This document shows positions 1 through 9,114 of a DNA stretch of 64,000 nucleotides, piece by piece. The number at the start of each line of letters is the position of its first letter. Position 1 is the stretch's first letter. The notes beneath the pieces are model-generated. The model was not told the DNA's origin. It made no database searches and saw only the letters and a program-made list of their open reading frames with translations. The stretch is from assembly GCA_937991435.1 (NCBI GenBank), contig CALKPY010000094.1, positions 15,262 to 79,261 on the forward strand, in the 5' to 3' direction. The position numbers and the translations under genes were made by a program. This stretch comes from an uncultured Acidimicrobiales bacterium (lineage in GTDB: Bacteria; Actinomycetota; Acidimicrobiia; Acidimicrobiales; UBA10347).

Positions 1-506
1 TCTTTGTCAGCTTCGGGCATACCGAGCATGAGGTTGATCACATCAAACGGAAGCGTGAAGGCCAGCCGATCGACGACGTCGGCGACGCCGTCAGCCTGCA
101 TTGAGTCGAGGCTCTGATCGACGAGTTGCTGCACCTGTGGCCGTAGCTGTTCAATCGAGCGGGGTGTAAAGGCTTTGGTGACGAGACGTCGCAGGCGGGT
201 GTGATCGGGTGGGTCGACCGTGAGCATCGAACGATTGGGTTCAAACGGAATACCTTCAGCTTCGGCGGCAATTCGAAACTGGTCGGCTCGCTCGCTGTCG
301 AGCACATCTGATTTTTCATCGTCAACACTCAATGACGCATCGCGCAACAAACTGAAGCAATCGTCGTAGCGAAACAGACCCCACCGGTCAATGATCATGT
401 GAACCGGGTGCGCATTGCGGATCTCGCCCATGTGCGTATACGGATCATCGAGATATCCGGGTTGCAGCGGGTTGAAGAACAGCGCTGGTTCATCAGCAAT
501 CGTCAT
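1..506 (-). CDS. cytochrome P450 (N-terminal part only; the gene runs off the left edge)
   Basis: Missing from the ORF track because its stop lies off-window. The reverse strand from ATG 506-504 reads MTIADEPALFFNPLQPGYLDDPYTHMGEIRNAHPVH...TVDPPDHTRLRRLVTKAFTPRSIEQLRPQV...AFTLPFDVINLMLGMPEADK and stays open to position 3. DPPxHxRLRxLVxxAFTPR is a typical bacterial P450 signature. The heme Cys loop would be off-window. Confidence 0.75.
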   Translation of the reverse strand, partial: MTIADEPALFFNPLQPGYLDDPYTHMGEIRNAHPVHMIIDRWGLFRYDDCFSLLRDASLSVDDEKSDVLDSERADQFRIAAEAEGIPFEPNRSMLTVDPPDHTRLRRLVTKAFTPRSIEQLRPQVQQLVDQSLDSMQADGVADVVDRLAFTLPFDVINLMLGMPEADK

Positions 507-548
507 GGTCCAAGGGTAAGGGTGGGCAGACATGACAGCCACTTGACG

Positions 549-1568
549 TCAATCAATGTTGAGTCGATACACCTCGGCCGCCGTGGCGAAGAAGAGCCGA
601 TGATTCTCAGGTTTGGAGTACCTGTCGGCGAGAATTTGAAAGGCATTCCACACCACGGTGTAGGGCAAGGTCTGACGGTCGACCGGAAAGTTCGATTCGA
701 ACATGCACCGAGTTGGGCCGAACACGTCGATGGCTTCGTGGACCATGTCAGCCCACCATGCAGCCACCTCATCAGACGCCGGCGGCTTGTCGTACGTCGC
801 CCACGGCATACCGAAATAGTGAGCCATGCCAAGACCGCCGATCTTGAGCACGACGTTTGGGCAGCTGGCCACCTCAGCAATGCCGGTGCGCCATGATTCA
901 CGCACCTGGTGTCGCTCGGCTGAATAGGGTCCGATTCCCAGCGGCCCGCCCAAGTGATTCACAATGATCTGGGTTCCGGGGGTGGCCCGAGCCAGGTCGG
1001 CAAGCTCGCCGAGCTGGGGGTGGTATACCCACGCGTCAAAGCTATGGCCCATGTCGCCGACACATGCCACACCAGCCCGAAACGCTATGTCGCCCATCAA
1101 TTGCTCAGTCGGGCGGTGATGTCCAACGGCCACATCGTCGTGTGAGCTCCAATTAGTTCCGTGGCGAACGCCGCGGAAAAGGCCAGCTCCTGCGTGTTCG
1201 TGCGCAACGAGCGCCCTGTCGACGGACCGACCTCGGGTCAGATCAACGTGTCCAACGATGCCTGCGATGGTCGTGCCGCCAATCGCCTGCGCTGCTCGCG
1301 CTTGGCGCAACACAAAGTTCGTTTCGCCAACTGGGCGAAGCTCCGGTTCGCCTTCATCGAACCATCCAGCGGAACACTCCACGAAAACAGAGTGGGTCAC
1401 ATTGTGAGAGCGACGGGTATCGGCTAGGAACTGTTCGGCGACGTATCGGCTCTTTGGACGATCCCAAAGGTGGTGATGTGGGTCGATGATCGGGCGTTTC
1501 GGGTCGATTGCCGTCTCGACGCGTTGGGCAATCCAGTCATGCCGTTCATAGATCGCCATGTTGCACAA
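549..1568 (-). CDS. amidohydrolase-2 family metal-dependent hydrolase
   Basis: 339-aa ORF. The N-terminal PIIDPHHHLWD motif and overall layout match TIM-barrel amidohydrolases. Confidence 0.8.
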   Translation of the reverse strand: MCNMAIYERHDWIAQRVETAIDPKRPIIDPHHHLWDRPKSRYVAEQFLADTRRSHNVTHSVFVECSAGWFDEGEPELRPVGETNFVLRQARAAQAIGGTTIAGIVGHVDLTRGRSVDRALVAHEHAGAGLFRGVRHGTNWSSHDDVAVGHHRPTEQLMGDIAFRAGVACVGDMGHSFDAWVYHPQLGELADLARATPGTQIIVNHLGGPLGIGPYSAERHQVRESWRTGIAEVASCPNVVLKIGGLGMAHYFGMPWATYDKPPASDEVAAWWADMVHEAIDVFGPTRCMFESNFPVDRQTLPYTVVWNAFQILADRYSKPENHRLFFATAAEVYRLNID

Positions 1569-1625
1569 CGTACTTGTCGTACGTACCGGGGCGCCCGCCC
1601 AGTGTCCTCTGGCAATCCGCGTTCG

Positions 1626-2096
1626 TTATGCCTGGTGACGCTGGTGCGACCTGCTGCGGCGCACCGCCGCTGACGGGCCAACCAGAACTAGGGCGATCAG
1701 CACGCCGCAAAGGTTTGCCAATGCATCGCTCCATTCTCCGACCCTGCCGACCGACACGAGCGGTTGCAACCATTCGCTTGCGAGACTTACTGCGGCGCAC
1801 GCACCTGCGATCAGCACGGGGTTGGCTAGGCGACGCGCCGACCAAATGACAAAAGATGACCCGATAAACCAGAGTACGACATGTCCAATTGTGTCGAGCG
1901 AGTTCCGGGGCACGTCAGAACGGCGAACAACATCGATGCCGATCTCGTCTTCAACGATCGTCGCCCCCGACGCGAGTGCCTCGTACAACCATGTGGCCAG
2001 CTCAGGCCCGACGTCGGTCCAAAGCAGGGCCATCGCGACTAAGCCGCAAACGACGACTACACGACCAAGGGCCGAACGACGATGGCGCGGATTCAC
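1626..2096 (-). CDS. VanZ-like membrane protein
   Basis: 156 aa with about 4 TM segments. It has the VanZ-type motifs DTIGHVVLWF and SDALANLCGVL. Confidence 0.55.
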   Translation of the reverse strand: MNPRHRRSALGRVVVVCGLVAMALLWTDVGPELATWLYEALASGATIVEDEIGIDVVRRSDVPRNSLDTIGHVVLWFIGSSFVIWSARRLANPVLIAGACAAVSLASEWLQPLVSVGRVGEWSDALANLCGVLIALVLVGPSAAVRRSRSHQRHQA

Positions 2097-2224
2097 AGTC
2101 GTCGACCGTACTGCCTGGTTTTGCCCCGATCCGGTCGCGTCGATTCATACCACTTGCGAACCGGCTCACTATCAGACCCGTTGCTGAGACACCTAGTGTC
2201 TCGCATAACCATGATCGCAACCCT

Positions 2225-3121
2225 GTGAAGTCTCGAGCAATTCTCGGCGTGGTCGTGCTTGTCGCGATGTTGATTGGTGGCAACTTCACTGCACTCAAAT
2301 TCGCGCTCGATCACACGACCCCATTGCTCCTCGCTGGTCTTCGAACCATCATCGGAGGCACCTTCCTGCTCGCTCTCGCCAAGTTCCGTGGCGAGACGTT
2401 CCCGACAGATCGACGTGACTTACTGAACATTTTCATCGTCTCGTTTTCAATCACCACCGTTTCGAGCGCGCTCCTGGTGTTAGGAGTCAGTCGGGTACCA
2501 GCCGGTGTCGCCTCGCTGATCGCAAGCACGATGCCGCTGTTTACGGTCGTGTTGGCCTTTGTCATGCTGCGGGCCTCGATTGGGCGCATGGGTCTAGCTG
2601 GCCTCGTCGTCGGCTTCGCTGGCACGGTCGCGCTCGTTTCGCCATCGCTATCGGGAAGCGCAGCCACCATCGGCATCGTTTCATTGCTGGCATCGGCGTT
2701 TGCATGGGCATTTGGCAACGTTTGGATGAAATTTCGGGACTTGAGCGCTGTCAGCCCGATCATGCTCGTCGGCACGCAGCTGTACATGTCTGCGGCTGTT
2801 CTGATTCCGTTCGCGCTCATCGTCGAGGGCGCTGCCGCCACCGATTGGTCGATCGGCCTGTTCGCTCCCCTGCTCTACGCCGCGATCCCGGCCAACGCCA
2901 TCACGTTCGCGCTACTCGCCACGGTCGTTCGTCGCGCAACCCCAACCCAAGCAGCGTCAAGCGCATATCTCATACCCGTATTCGGAGTGTTCTTTGGCTG
3001 GCTCATCCGTGACGAGCGCCTCGGGCTCGCCGAGGTAATCGGCGGACTTCTAGTCGTGGCCGGGGTCTACCTTCTCGTGACATCAACCGCGCGCCAGGCA
3101 GCCGCGACCGCTTCGAGCTGA
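2225..3121 (+). CDS. EamA/DMT family transporter
   Basis: Polytopic membrane protein with duplicated EamA-like halves (LIGGNFTALKFAL..., ...AFGNVWMKF...). The ORF-track start at 1889 overlaps the VanZ gene, so I moved it to GTG 2225 (VKSRAILGVVVLVAML). Confidence 0.75.
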   Translation: MKSRAILGVVVLVAMLIGGNFTALKFALDHTTPLLLAGLRTIIGGTFLLALAKFRGETFPTDRRDLLNIFIVSFSITTVSSALLVLGVSRVPAGVASLIASTMPLFTVVLAFVMLRASIGRMGLAGLVVGFAGTVALVSPSLSGSAATIGIVSLLASAFAWAFGNVWMKFRDLSAVSPIMLVGTQLYMSAAVLIPFALIVEGAAATDWSIGLFAPLLYAAIPANAITFALLATVVRRATPTQAASSAYLIPVFGVFFGWLIRDERLGLAEVIGGLLVVAGVYLLVTSTARQAAATASS

Positions 3122-3141
3122 TCGGCTGGCAGGCTGGCCAC

Positions 3142-5382
3142 ATGAAGCTGCTGCACGACCTCGTCGTGGTCGAAATTGGTGGTTCGGTTGCCGGCGCCTA
3201 CTGCGCGAAGTTGTTTGCCGACCAGGGCGCTGAAGTACTGCTCGTCGACGGATCCAACCTGAATGCAAGCCAGCGGCGCTACCTGCACTCGGCGAAGACA
3301 CCAGTAACGACCGGCGGCATCGACTGGGAACTCGTCGACGTCATCATCGAGAGTTCATCACCCGAACCACTGCGAGCGCTCCCGCTCGACGCCCCGCATT
3401 CGGTACGAGTACAGATCAGTCCGTTTGGCAGAGGTGGGCGCCACGACGACTGGCTCAGCAGCGACCTGACCGACTATGCCTTGAGCGGCCACCTGTACCT
3501 TTGCGGCGACCAAGACCGCGAACCGCTGCGAGGACCATTCAACCAACCAGCGTTCGCAGCCGGAATCTATGGGTTTATAGGCGCAATGTCAGCCCTCATG
3601 GCCGGTTTGCGACTCGGTCGCGGGCAAACCGTTGAAGTCAGCCACATTCAGGCAATGGTCTCGTTGCATCAGTCAACGTTGATCAGAGCCCAACTCAATG
3701 GTGACATCGCTACCCGCGGTGGGCTAGGTGCATCGTCACCTGACCAGTTCCGAGGTATGTACCCGTGTGCCGACGGCTGGGTTGCAGTCGCTGCGCCTCA
3801 GCCGCACCAGGTCGAAGCTCTACTCGCTGTGACCGGCTTGACGTCGCTGCTCGAGGTCGACGGAGCTGAAACGGTGACTGACCTGGCGCTTCAGGCCAAG
3901 CGCTTCCGTGAAGCCTTCATCGGCTGGCTGTCGACCCGCACCACTCGCGAGGCGACGAATGAGCTGCAGCATGTGCGAGTTCCGGCCGGACCCGCGCTTT
4001 CGCTGACGGAGTTACTCGAAGATCCGCAGTTGGCCGCCCGCGACTTCTTCGTCACCTCGCCCACGGGCGCCCCCGTTGTGCAGCTACCCGGCGCGCCGTT
4101 CCAAATCAGGTCTTCGACCGGGGGTTCAGGCAACGAGTGGAAGCCCGGCGATCTCGCCGACGGACCGCTCGCAGGGTTGCGCGTGCTCGATCTGTCACGA
4201 GTGTGGGCTGGTCCACTTTGCACTCGCATTTTGAGTGATCTTGGCGCTGACGTTGTTTGCGTTGAGTCGCCATCGGCCCGAGGACCCCAACGGCTCACTG
4301 ATGCCCACGTGCGTTCGAGCGGCCACTATCGGGATCACGATGCGAATGACCAGCCTTGGAATCGCAATGGCCACCATGCCAAGTTCGCACTGGGCAAACG
4401 ATCACTCGCCCTCGACCTTGAGACCGAAGCGGGACGCGAAGTTCTCACCCGATTGGTGCCGCTGTTCGATGTGCTTGTCGAAAACTACAGCACACGAGTC
4501 ATGCCACATTTCGGATTCGACGAGGCCACGCTGCACAGCCTGAACCCTGATCTGACGTATCTCACCATGTCTGGGTTTGGCCGATCCGGGCCCGCCGAAC
4601 ACTGGGTCGCCTATGGCTCAGCGCTCGAAGCCCAAGCGGGGCTCGCATCGCTCGTCGGATATGACGGCGATGCCCCCCGGGCAGATCTACCGGCCTGGCC
4701 AGATCCAGTTTCAGCGCTTCACGGTGTTGCTGCGCTGCTGGCCGCGCTTTGGAGCAGCGTCATGTCAGGTTCGGGCGGTTCAACAATCGAGCTTTCCCAG
4801 CTCGAATCGGCGATAGCCATGGTCGGCGATCGTCTTGTCGAAGCCCAAATCGATGGCAACCCTACGCCGAGCGCGAATCGAGTTACCGATTCGGTTGTCG
4901 AGGGTGTGTACCCCACCCTTGGACACGACCGCTGGATTGCGATCTCGGTGTTCGACGAACGCGGCAGAGCCGCACTGTCGGCCTTCGCTGGTCTCGAAGG
5001 CACAGGACTCGACTGGTCCGTTGCCAGCGACGTCGACCAGGCCATCGCCCAGTGGACATCGAGTTGGTCGAGTGGCGACCTCGCTGCACGACTGCAGTTG
5101 CTCGGGATCGCCGCGGCTGATGTGCTCGATGCTGCGCAGATCATGACCTCAGAACAACTGACCGATAGGAGTGCTTTTGTCACCGTGCAACAGCCCCTGC
5201 TCGGAGAGTTCATCGCTACGAACACTGCTGTCGATCTACCAGAGTCGCCGGCGATCGTTCGTCGACCGGCACCTCTTCTCGGTCAACACAATGCCGAGGT
5301 ATTAAGCGAAGCTGGGTACAGCGCCGACGAAATTGCACAGCTCGCCGACAACAACGTACTAGCGACTCAGCCGCCGTCGTGA
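3142..5382 (+). CDS. tandem-fused family III CoA-transferase (two CaiB/BaiF-like modules in one 746-aa chain)
   Basis: Two copies of the N-terminal Rossmann signature: LVVVEIGGSVAGAYCAKLFADQGAEVLLVD at residue ~6 and LRVLDLSRVWAGPLCTRILSDLGADVVCVE at residue ~345. Each is followed by the family III core. Confidence 0.8.
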   Translation: MKLLHDLVVVEIGGSVAGAYCAKLFADQGAEVLLVDGSNLNASQRRYLHSAKTPVTTGGIDWELVDVIIESSSPEPLRALPLDAPHSVRVQISPFGRGGRHDDWLSSDLTDYALSGHLYLCGDQDREPLRGPFNQPAFAAGIYGFIGAMSALMAGLRLGRGQTVEVSHIQAMVSLHQSTLIRAQLNGDIATRGGLGASSPDQFRGMYPCADGWVAVAAPQPHQVEALLAVTGLTSLLEVDGAETVTDLALQAKRFREAFIGWLSTRTTREATNELQHVRVPAGPALSLTELLEDPQLAARDFFVTSPTGAPVVQLPGAPFQIRSSTGGSGNEWKPGDLADGPLAGLRVLDLSRVWAGPLCTRILSDLGADVVCVESPSARGPQRLTDAHVRSSGHYRDHDANDQPWNRNGHHAKFALGKRSLALDLETEAGREVLTRLVPLFDVLVENYSTRVMPHFGFDEATLHSLNPDLTYLTMSGFGRSGPAEHWVAYGSALEAQAGLASLVGYDGDAPRADLPAWPDPVSALHGVAALLAALWSSVMSGSGGSTIELSQLESAIAMVGDRLVEAQIDGNPTPSANRVTDSVVEGVYPTLGHDRWIAISVFDERGRAALSAFAGLEGTGLDWSVASDVDQAIAQWTSSWSSGDLAARLQLLGIAAADVLDAAQIMTSEQLTDRSAFVTVQQPLLGEFIATNTAVDLPESPAIVRRPAPLLGQHNAEVLSEAGYSADEIAQLADNNVLATQPPS

Positions 5383-5408
5383 GCTACCGCAGAACCGTTC
5401 ACCACTGA

Positions 5409-5786
5409 TCAGGAGTAGCTGACGACCTCATATTCGATGTCATCGTGATCATTGAAGTAGAATCGACGGCCAGGTTCGTAGTCGCCGTGGTTGTGAGCTT
5501 CGAAGCCAGCTTCGACTACCCGCTCCTCAGTCACGTCAAGGTCCTCGACCGTAACGCCAACATGGTTGAGCCCGCCAAGACGACGTCGTGGGGCCGCTGG
5601 AGCCGCGGTGTCGTCGGTCGTGTAGATCGCGAGATAGTCGGTGTCGGTTCCAATGTGGATGGTGCGGCCGCCTAGCTGCGACGGGCCCCGCCACCTAATC
5701 TGCCAACCAAAGATCGCGGTGAGCATTGCTGCGGTGCGGTCTGGGTCTGTCACGGTGATGTTCACGTGTTCAAGATGTGCTTCCAT
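5409..5786 (-). CDS. VOC/glyoxalase-family protein (probable SoxR target)
   Basis: 125 aa, with HVNITVTD...LNHVGVTVEDLD VOC repeats. It is divergent from soxR and sits directly behind the SoxR-box promoter. Confidence 0.8.
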   Translation of the reverse strand: MEAHLEHVNITVTDPDRTAAMLTAIFGWQIRWRGPSQLGGRTIHIGTDTDYLAIYTTDDTAAPAAPRRRLGGLNHVGVTVEDLDVTEERVVEAGFEAHNHGDYEPGRRFYFNDHDDIEYEVVSYS

Positions 5787-5793
5787 AGACCTT

Positions 5794-5826
5794 GTTTTAC
5801 AATCTCAAGTAATGTTGAGGTCAAGA
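5794..5826 (-). promoter_or_regulatory. SoxR box within a 19-bp-spacer MerR-type promoter
   Basis: The minus strand reads TTGACC-TCAACATTACTTGAGATTG-TAAAAC. The palindrome CTCAAC-ATTA-CTTGAG lies between the -35 and -10 elements. The -10 element ends 7 nt before the VOC ATG (5786), which implies a leaderless mRNA. Confidence 0.6.
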
Positions 5827-5857
5827 ACTTTCTTCCGCTCTTTGTGAATGGACACAC

Positions 5858-6343
5858 ATGACGCCACCGGAACCCCAAGAGGCCGATCCCCTCATAGCGA
5901 TCGGTGCCGTCGCTGAACGCACCGGCCTGGCCGTGTCGGCCATACGGTTTTACGAAGAACGCGGATTGATCAGCGCCGAACGCGCATCATCAGGTCACCG
6001 CCGGTTCAAACGATCAACGATCAGGCGGCTGTCGTTCATACGCATCTGCCAAAAGCTTGGGTATTCACTCGATGAGATCGCCGAGCATCTCACGACGATG
6101 CCACAAGGGCGAACTCCAAGCGAGCGCGACTGGGCTCAGATGGCGGTGACCTTCGGAGCCGAGATTGACGAACGCATCGCCGGGCTCCAACAACTTCGCG
6201 ACAAACTCAGCGGCTGCATCGGCTGCGGCTGCCTGTCGCTGCAACGATGCGCTATCTGGAATATTGGCGACGCAGCCGCGTCGCTCGGAAACGGCCCTCG
6301 TTGGCTGATGGGCGACGAGAGCACTACTGGCGAGCCGCCATAG
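5858..6343 (+). CDS. soxR: redox-sensitive MerR-family regulator SoxR
   Basis: N-terminal MerR HTH (IGAVAERTGLAVSAIRFYEERGLI) plus the diagnostic [2Fe-2S] motif CIGCGCLSLQRCAIWN. Confidence 0.9.
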   Translation: MTPPEPQEADPLIAIGAVAERTGLAVSAIRFYEERGLISAERASSGHRRFKRSTIRRLSFIRICQKLGYSLDEIAEHLTTMPQGRTPSERDWAQMAVTFGAEIDERIAGLQQLRDKLSGCIGCGCLSLQRCAIWNIGDAAASLGNGPRWLMGDESTTGEPP

Positions 6344-6400
6344 AGCGCACCGCACCGCGCCATTTGCAGCAACTGCGAGCGAAGTGCTAGGTTCGCGAAT

Positions 6401-7849
6401 ATGCACGAATATGGTGGTAAGGCATTGAAATACACAACGAAGACGGCAATAGCAGTCGTTTCCCTGATTGCGCTTGTGGCAAGCCTCGTTACCGACGAAC
6501 GTCAGGCAAGCGCACAGTCCGACCTGAGCAACGCCGGCGAAAGCATCGAAGGATTCAGTTGGATCGGCTCAGCGAGCAAGAGCCCGTTTACCGCGGTGCC
6601 TGACGACGCGGTCGTCGACCTCGACCTGCCGCCCGAGAACACCATCGTGAATGGTACGGGCGCGCAGATCCAGAACTTTCCGTGGATGGTGCAACTCGAA
6701 AACGGCGACGGAAGCCACCTTTGCACCGGAACACTTTTGCGGACCAATCTGGTCATCTCGGCTCGCCACTGTTTCGAGAACGACGACCTCTCAGCATTCC
6801 GGTCTGACTGGCGCACCATCAATGTGCGCTACGGCACAACTGGCCAGTCAGGCGGCTCGACTCGCAATGTCGCCGATGTCGCATACTCGGGCAGATCGGG
6901 AGCCAACAATGAGTTCGCTCTAGACCTTGTGATCGTCGAGCTCGACAAGCACGTTTCGCTCGGACCAAATGTTGGGCTCGTGGAGCTCGCGAGCGCAGCA
7001 GAATCAGCGCAGGCGCAGAACGGCTTGGTCCTCGGATGGGGCGCCATCGGCTTCGACGGTCCGCTGGCGCAACAGCTTCGAAAGGCCACCATCGCTCTTC
7101 GTTCCGATGCGATGTGCGCAAATATCCTTGGCTCGAAGCAAGGCCCTCCGTGGCGGCTACCGCCGTATCTAGGCGGGCGCATGATCTGCGGCGGCGGTTC
7201 GGGCAGCGATACATGTAGCGGCGACAGCGGTGGCCCGTTGATGGTGCGTGGTACCGACGGACAATGGAAGCAGGCCGGGGTGACTTCGTTTGGATACAGG
7301 TGCAATGCTGGCCTGCCCGGCGTGTACGTAGAACTCAATGCGTACCGCTCGGCACTCGCCAATTTCGTCGGCCGAGGATTTTGCAATGGCCAACGATCGA
7401 CCGTTGACCTGAGCCTGGGCGATGTGCCCACCGCAGGTTCTGACCGAATCGTCGGCACCCCGTACAAAGACATCGTCTACGCGCAGGGCGGCGACGACAT
7501 CGTTTGCGGATTGGGCGGCAACGACGTCGTACATGGCGGGCCAGGCAATGACCGGTTACACGGCAACAGGGGCTGGGACGGCTTGTTCGGGGGCCCGGGC
7601 GACGACCAGATATGGGGTGGACTCGGCAACGACAACATTGCGGGCGGACTAGGCAACGACAAGCTCTTCGGCGGCGAACATGACGACGTCTTGAACGGTT
7701 ACGAAGGAACCGACGAGATTTATGGAGGGCCGGGCAACGACCGCATCTCTGGTGGACCCGGTCTTGGCGACCGTTGTTACGGCCTTGACGGCTACGACAC
7801 GGGTCTCGGCGGGTGCGAAATCCGCGGCGGACTCGAAGCCTTCGAGTAG
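6401..7849 (+). CDS. secreted trypsin-like (S1) serine protease with a C-terminal RTX calcium-binding repeat block
   Basis: Signal peptide (TAIAVVSLIALVASLV...ASAQS). S1 motifs IVNG...LCTGTLL..LVISARHC and DTCSGDSGGPL. The C-terminal part has about 9 GGxGxD nonapeptides. Confidence 0.85.
   Translation: MHEYGGKALKYTTKTAIAVVSLIALVASLVTDERQASAQSDLSNAGESIEGFSWIGSASKSPFTAVPDDAVVDLDLPPENTIVNGTGAQIQNFPWMVQLENGDGSHLCTGTLLRTNLVISARHCFENDDLSAFRSDWRTINVRYGTTGQSGGSTRNVADVAYSGRSGANNEFALDLVIVELDKHVSLGPNVGLVELASAAESAQAQNGLVLGWGAIGFDGPLAQQLRKATIALRSDAMCANILGSKQGPPWRLPPYLGGRMICGGGSGSDTCSGDSGGPLMVRGTDGQWKQAGVTSFGYRCNAGLPGVYVELNAYRSALANFVGRGFCNGQRSTVDLSLGDVPTAGSDRIVGTPYKDIVYAQGGDDIVCGLGGNDVVHGGPGNDRLHGNRGWDGLFGGPGDDQIWGGLGNDNIAGGLGNDKLFGGEHDDVLNGYEGTDEIYGGPGNDRISGGPGLGDRCYGLDGYDTGLGGCEIRGGLEAFE
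7436..7800 (+). repeat. coding 27-nt periodic repeats (RTX GGxGxDxUx units)
   Basis: GGDDIVCGLGGNDVVHGGPGNDRLHGNRGWDGLFGGPGDDQIWGGLGNDNIAGGLGNDKLFGGEHDDVLNGYEGTDEIYGGPGNDRISGGPG. Confidence 0.8.
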
Positions 7850-7859
7850 TCATGCATGC

Positions 7860-8633
7860 ATGACACACGACGCGTTTGATCTGACCGGCAAGGCTGCACT
7901 TATCACCGGTGGTAATTCCGGCATCGGCCTTGGGTTCGCGCGCGGTATTGCCCGGGCTGGCGGTGACGTCTGCATCTGGGGCACCAACCCCGACAAAAAT
8001 GCTGCCGCCGAAGCTGAACTCAGGGCCATCAACCCGTCAGCTACAGCCATGCAGTGCGATGTCTCCGACGAGGAGCAGGTCGAAACATCAATGGCCGCCA
8101 CTATTGAACGATTCCAACGCCTTGATGGGTGCTTCCCAAACGCCGGCATTGGCAATCAGAACAGCAAGCCGTTTTTCGAACACACCAACGAAGACTGGTT
8201 CCGAGTCGTCGATGTGAACTTGCACGGTGTCTTTTTCACGTTGCGCGCCGCGACTCGGCACATGGTCGCGCAAGGTGACGGCGGGTCGCTCGTGTTGACC
8301 GCCAGCGGCACCGCCATTCAGGGGGCGGCCAAGAGCCAGGCCTATGCGTCGACCAAGGGCGCAATGCTCGCCATGATGATGGGGCTCTCAGTTGAAATGG
8401 CCCGCTATCAGATCACGGCCAATGCGATCATTCCCGGCTGGGTTGACACGGCCATGACAGCCGACGCGTTGAACTGGGACAAGTTCGTCGACGCCGTCAT
8501 TCCGCGCATTCCAGCACGGCGCTTTGGCCAGCCTGAAGACTTCGAGGCCATCGCCGTCTATCTGATGAGCGACGCCAGCCGTTGGCACACCGGCGACGTC
8601 ATCAAGATCGACGGCGGATTCAGCATCTTCTAG
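7860..8633 (+). CDS. SDR-family oxidoreductase
   Basis: KAALITGGNSGIG Rossmann motif and a YxxxK region (AYASTKGA). The ORF-track start at 7722 overlaps the protease, so I moved it to ATG 7860. Confidence 0.85.
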   Translation: MTHDAFDLTGKAALITGGNSGIGLGFARGIARAGGDVCIWGTNPDKNAAAEAELRAINPSATAMQCDVSDEEQVETSMAATIERFQRLDGCFPNAGIGNQNSKPFFEHTNEDWFRVVDVNLHGVFFTLRAATRHMVAQGDGGSLVLTASGTAIQGAAKSQAYASTKGAMLAMMMGLSVEMARYQITANAIIPGWVDTAMTADALNWDKFVDAVIPRIPARRFGQPEDFEAIAVYLMSDASRWHTGDVIKIDGGFSIF

Positions 8634-8667
8634 ATCGAACCGGATCTTCTCGGCCGGCTCAGCGATC

Positions 8668-9093
8668 TCACTTCGACGAATGGCTACTCGTGATTGAGAT
8701 CAGAAGACCTTCAATTGTCTCGAACTCTACTTCGATGCGCCGGGGCCGTGGCACTTCGGGGTGCTCGATAAGCAGCTCGTCTCCGCCGGCCCAACTGACG
8801 TTCACTTGGCCTGGAGTATAGGCAATCGGCGCCGAGAAGACCTCAAACCCTGAACTCGTTTCGAGCGTTTCAGCATGACTCAAAATGGCGACCTTTGTGG
8901 CGAAGCCAGTTGTTGCGCCGCAGTCGCTTTCATACACGACCGCCTTGTGAATACCGAGCGGCGACGGGATCTCCTCGTGTGTCGCGTATACGACGTTGCA
9001 CCATTCGTAACACCCAACGGCAACACCGCCGAGGCTGAACAACAAGACGCCTGCCATCAAGCCTCGCAGTGACCTTGCTATCAAGTTGAGCAC
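8668..9093 (-). CDS. hypothetical membrane-anchored protein
   Basis: 141 aa with an N-terminal TM (GLMAGVLLFSLGGVAVG) followed by a beta-rich domain. I recognise no catalytic motif. Confidence 0.45.
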   Translation of the reverse strand: MLNLIARSLRGLMAGVLLFSLGGVAVGCYEWCNVVYATHEEIPSPLGIHKAVVYESDCGATTGFATKVAILSHAETLETSSGFEVFSAPIAYTPGQVNVSWAGGDELLIEHPEVPRPRRIEVEFETIEGLLISITSSHSSK

Positions 9094-9114
9094 CGGTGAT
9101 TTGGCGAGCGATCG

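Noticed and set aside
1889-2224. N-terminal extensions of track ORFs (1889, 7722, 9929..11794, 11568, 13415..14275, 16864, 30610, 42912, 44845, 46959, 48627, 50952 and 52987).
   Set aside because: The extensions overlap neighbouring genes, are low-complexity, and precede the point where family homology begins. I chose internal starts that give sensible junctions (ATGA/GTGA overlaps or short spacers).
7436-7800. Periodic DNA repeats considered as a possible CRISPR or other non-coding array. The same applies to 26870-27440.
   Set aside because: Both regions lie in frame inside long ORFs and encode RTX nonapeptides and D/E low-complexity sequence respectively. There is no repeat-spacer architecture.
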